Assembly (NCBI GenBank): GCA_964106645.2
Contig: OZ067040.1
DNA: 64,000 nucleotides
From: Podarcis pityusensis
Taxonomy: Eukaryota
Reading direction: 5' to 3' (one strand)
Below the pieces are notes generated by a model. The model was not told where the DNA came from. It saw only the letters and a list, made by a program, of their open reading frames with translations, and made no database searches. The translations under genes were made by a program, and so were the position numbers. Positions 63,327 to 64,000 of the stretch are shown piece after piece (within the stretch, counting starts at the first letter, position 1; the number at the start of each line of letters is the position of its first letter).

Positions 63327-64000
63327 ATGAGCAACCCAGCCGGAACCGGAGAAGCAGGAGCTGGAGCGGGTCCAAGCCTGGAGGAAAGGTACCGGGCGTT
63401 GGAGGTCCAGCTAGCACTGCAGGCGGCGAGGCTCGAGGAGAGGAGGGCTCAAGATGCAGAGAAGGGGAAAACCACCCCGCTCGCCAGAAAGTTGCCAGGA
63501 TTGGTGCAGAAGTTTGGGGGGGAGGCCAAGGACTATCATGCCTTTAGGACAGAGATGCAATATGCCCTTAATCTGCAGTTTGATGACTTTCCCGACGAGG
63601 AATCGCGGGTGGCTTTTGTGATTGGGCATCTCGAAAAGGGGGCGAAAGACTGGGTGAGGCCCCTGATGGCAACAAACAATGACATCCTGAAGGATACGAG
63701 GAAGTTTTTTCGTGCAATGGATTTGATGTTTTCCAGCGATATTGAGCAGGGAGTGGTACGCAGACAGTTAATGGCGTGCAAACAGGGGAGCCGATCTGTG
63801 CGTGAGTACTGGACTGAGTTTACCATGTTGATCCATAAATTGGGGTGGGATCTATCGGCGGAACCCATTCAAATGCTCTTTGAAGAAGGGCTTGCTTCGG
63901 TGGTAAAGGATGAACTTTCCCGGGCGCCCAGGGCGGAGTCTATGGACCAGCTGACCAAATCAGCGCTGACCATAGGAGCGCGCCAAGAGGCGAGAGCCTT
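63327..64000 (+). CDS. gag: Ty3/Gypsy retrotransposon Gag (capsid; sushi/PEG10/RTL-like), open to the window edge
   Basis: Manual translation, 224 codons with no stop: MSNPAGTG...KFGGEAKDYHAFRTEMQYALNLQFDDFPDEESRVAFVIGHLEKGAKDWVRP...KQGSRSVREYWTEF...LFEEGLASVVKDEL; has the QGxxSVxEY major-homology-like and FxxGL motifs; ATG in a good context (ATCATGA). Confidence 0.92.
   Translation, partial: MSNPAGTGEAGAGAGPSLEERYRALEVQLALQAARLEERRAQDAEKGKTTPLARKLPGLVQKFGGEAKDYHAFRTEMQYALNLQFDDFPDEESRVAFVIGHLEKGAKDWVRPLMATNNDILKDTRKFFRAMDLMFSSDIEQGVVRRQLMACKQGSRSVREYWTEFTMLIHKLGWDLSAEPIQMLFEEGLASVVKDELSRAPRAESMDQLTKSALTIGARQEARA

Noticed and set aside
63327-64000. Domesticated gag gene (PEG10/RTL-like)
   Set aside because: It is directly preceded by an LTR and PBS, so an ordinary young retrotransposon is the simpler reading.

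Overview
Eukaryotic (vertebrate) non-coding DNA, almost certainly a squamate reptile and probably a lacertid lizard. The evidence is the repeat set: Sauria SINEs, a CTT-tailed Squam3-type SINE, RTE-BovB, CR1, L2 and many hAT and Tc1/mariner MITEs. I could not support any host protein-coding gene. The window reads as a gene desert or large intron with several repeat-free stretches that look like conserved elements. All recognisable coding sequence is transposon-derived: CR1 ORF2 C-terminus (15.1-15.9 kb), a 5'-inverted BovB (23.2-25.1 kb), an L2 RT relic, and an open Ty3/Gypsy gag running off the right edge (63327->64000), which the ORF track misses. Most notable observations: (1) the Gypsy element has no tRNA primer site, and its 11-nt PBS is exactly complementary to the predicted 5' end of its own transcript (Tf1/sushi-type self-priming), with an open frame across U3; (2) a Tc2-like MITE at 47.5-48.2 kb whose interior is a 119-bp-period chain of hairpins with arms that co-vary between units; (3) a BovB copy with twin-priming architecture; (4) an ~80-bp inverted duplication flanking ~1 kb; (5) two SINEs with the same CR1-type tail but different tRNA heads. 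Family names come from my recognition of consensus sequences, not from database searches. Ends of old repeats are approximate.
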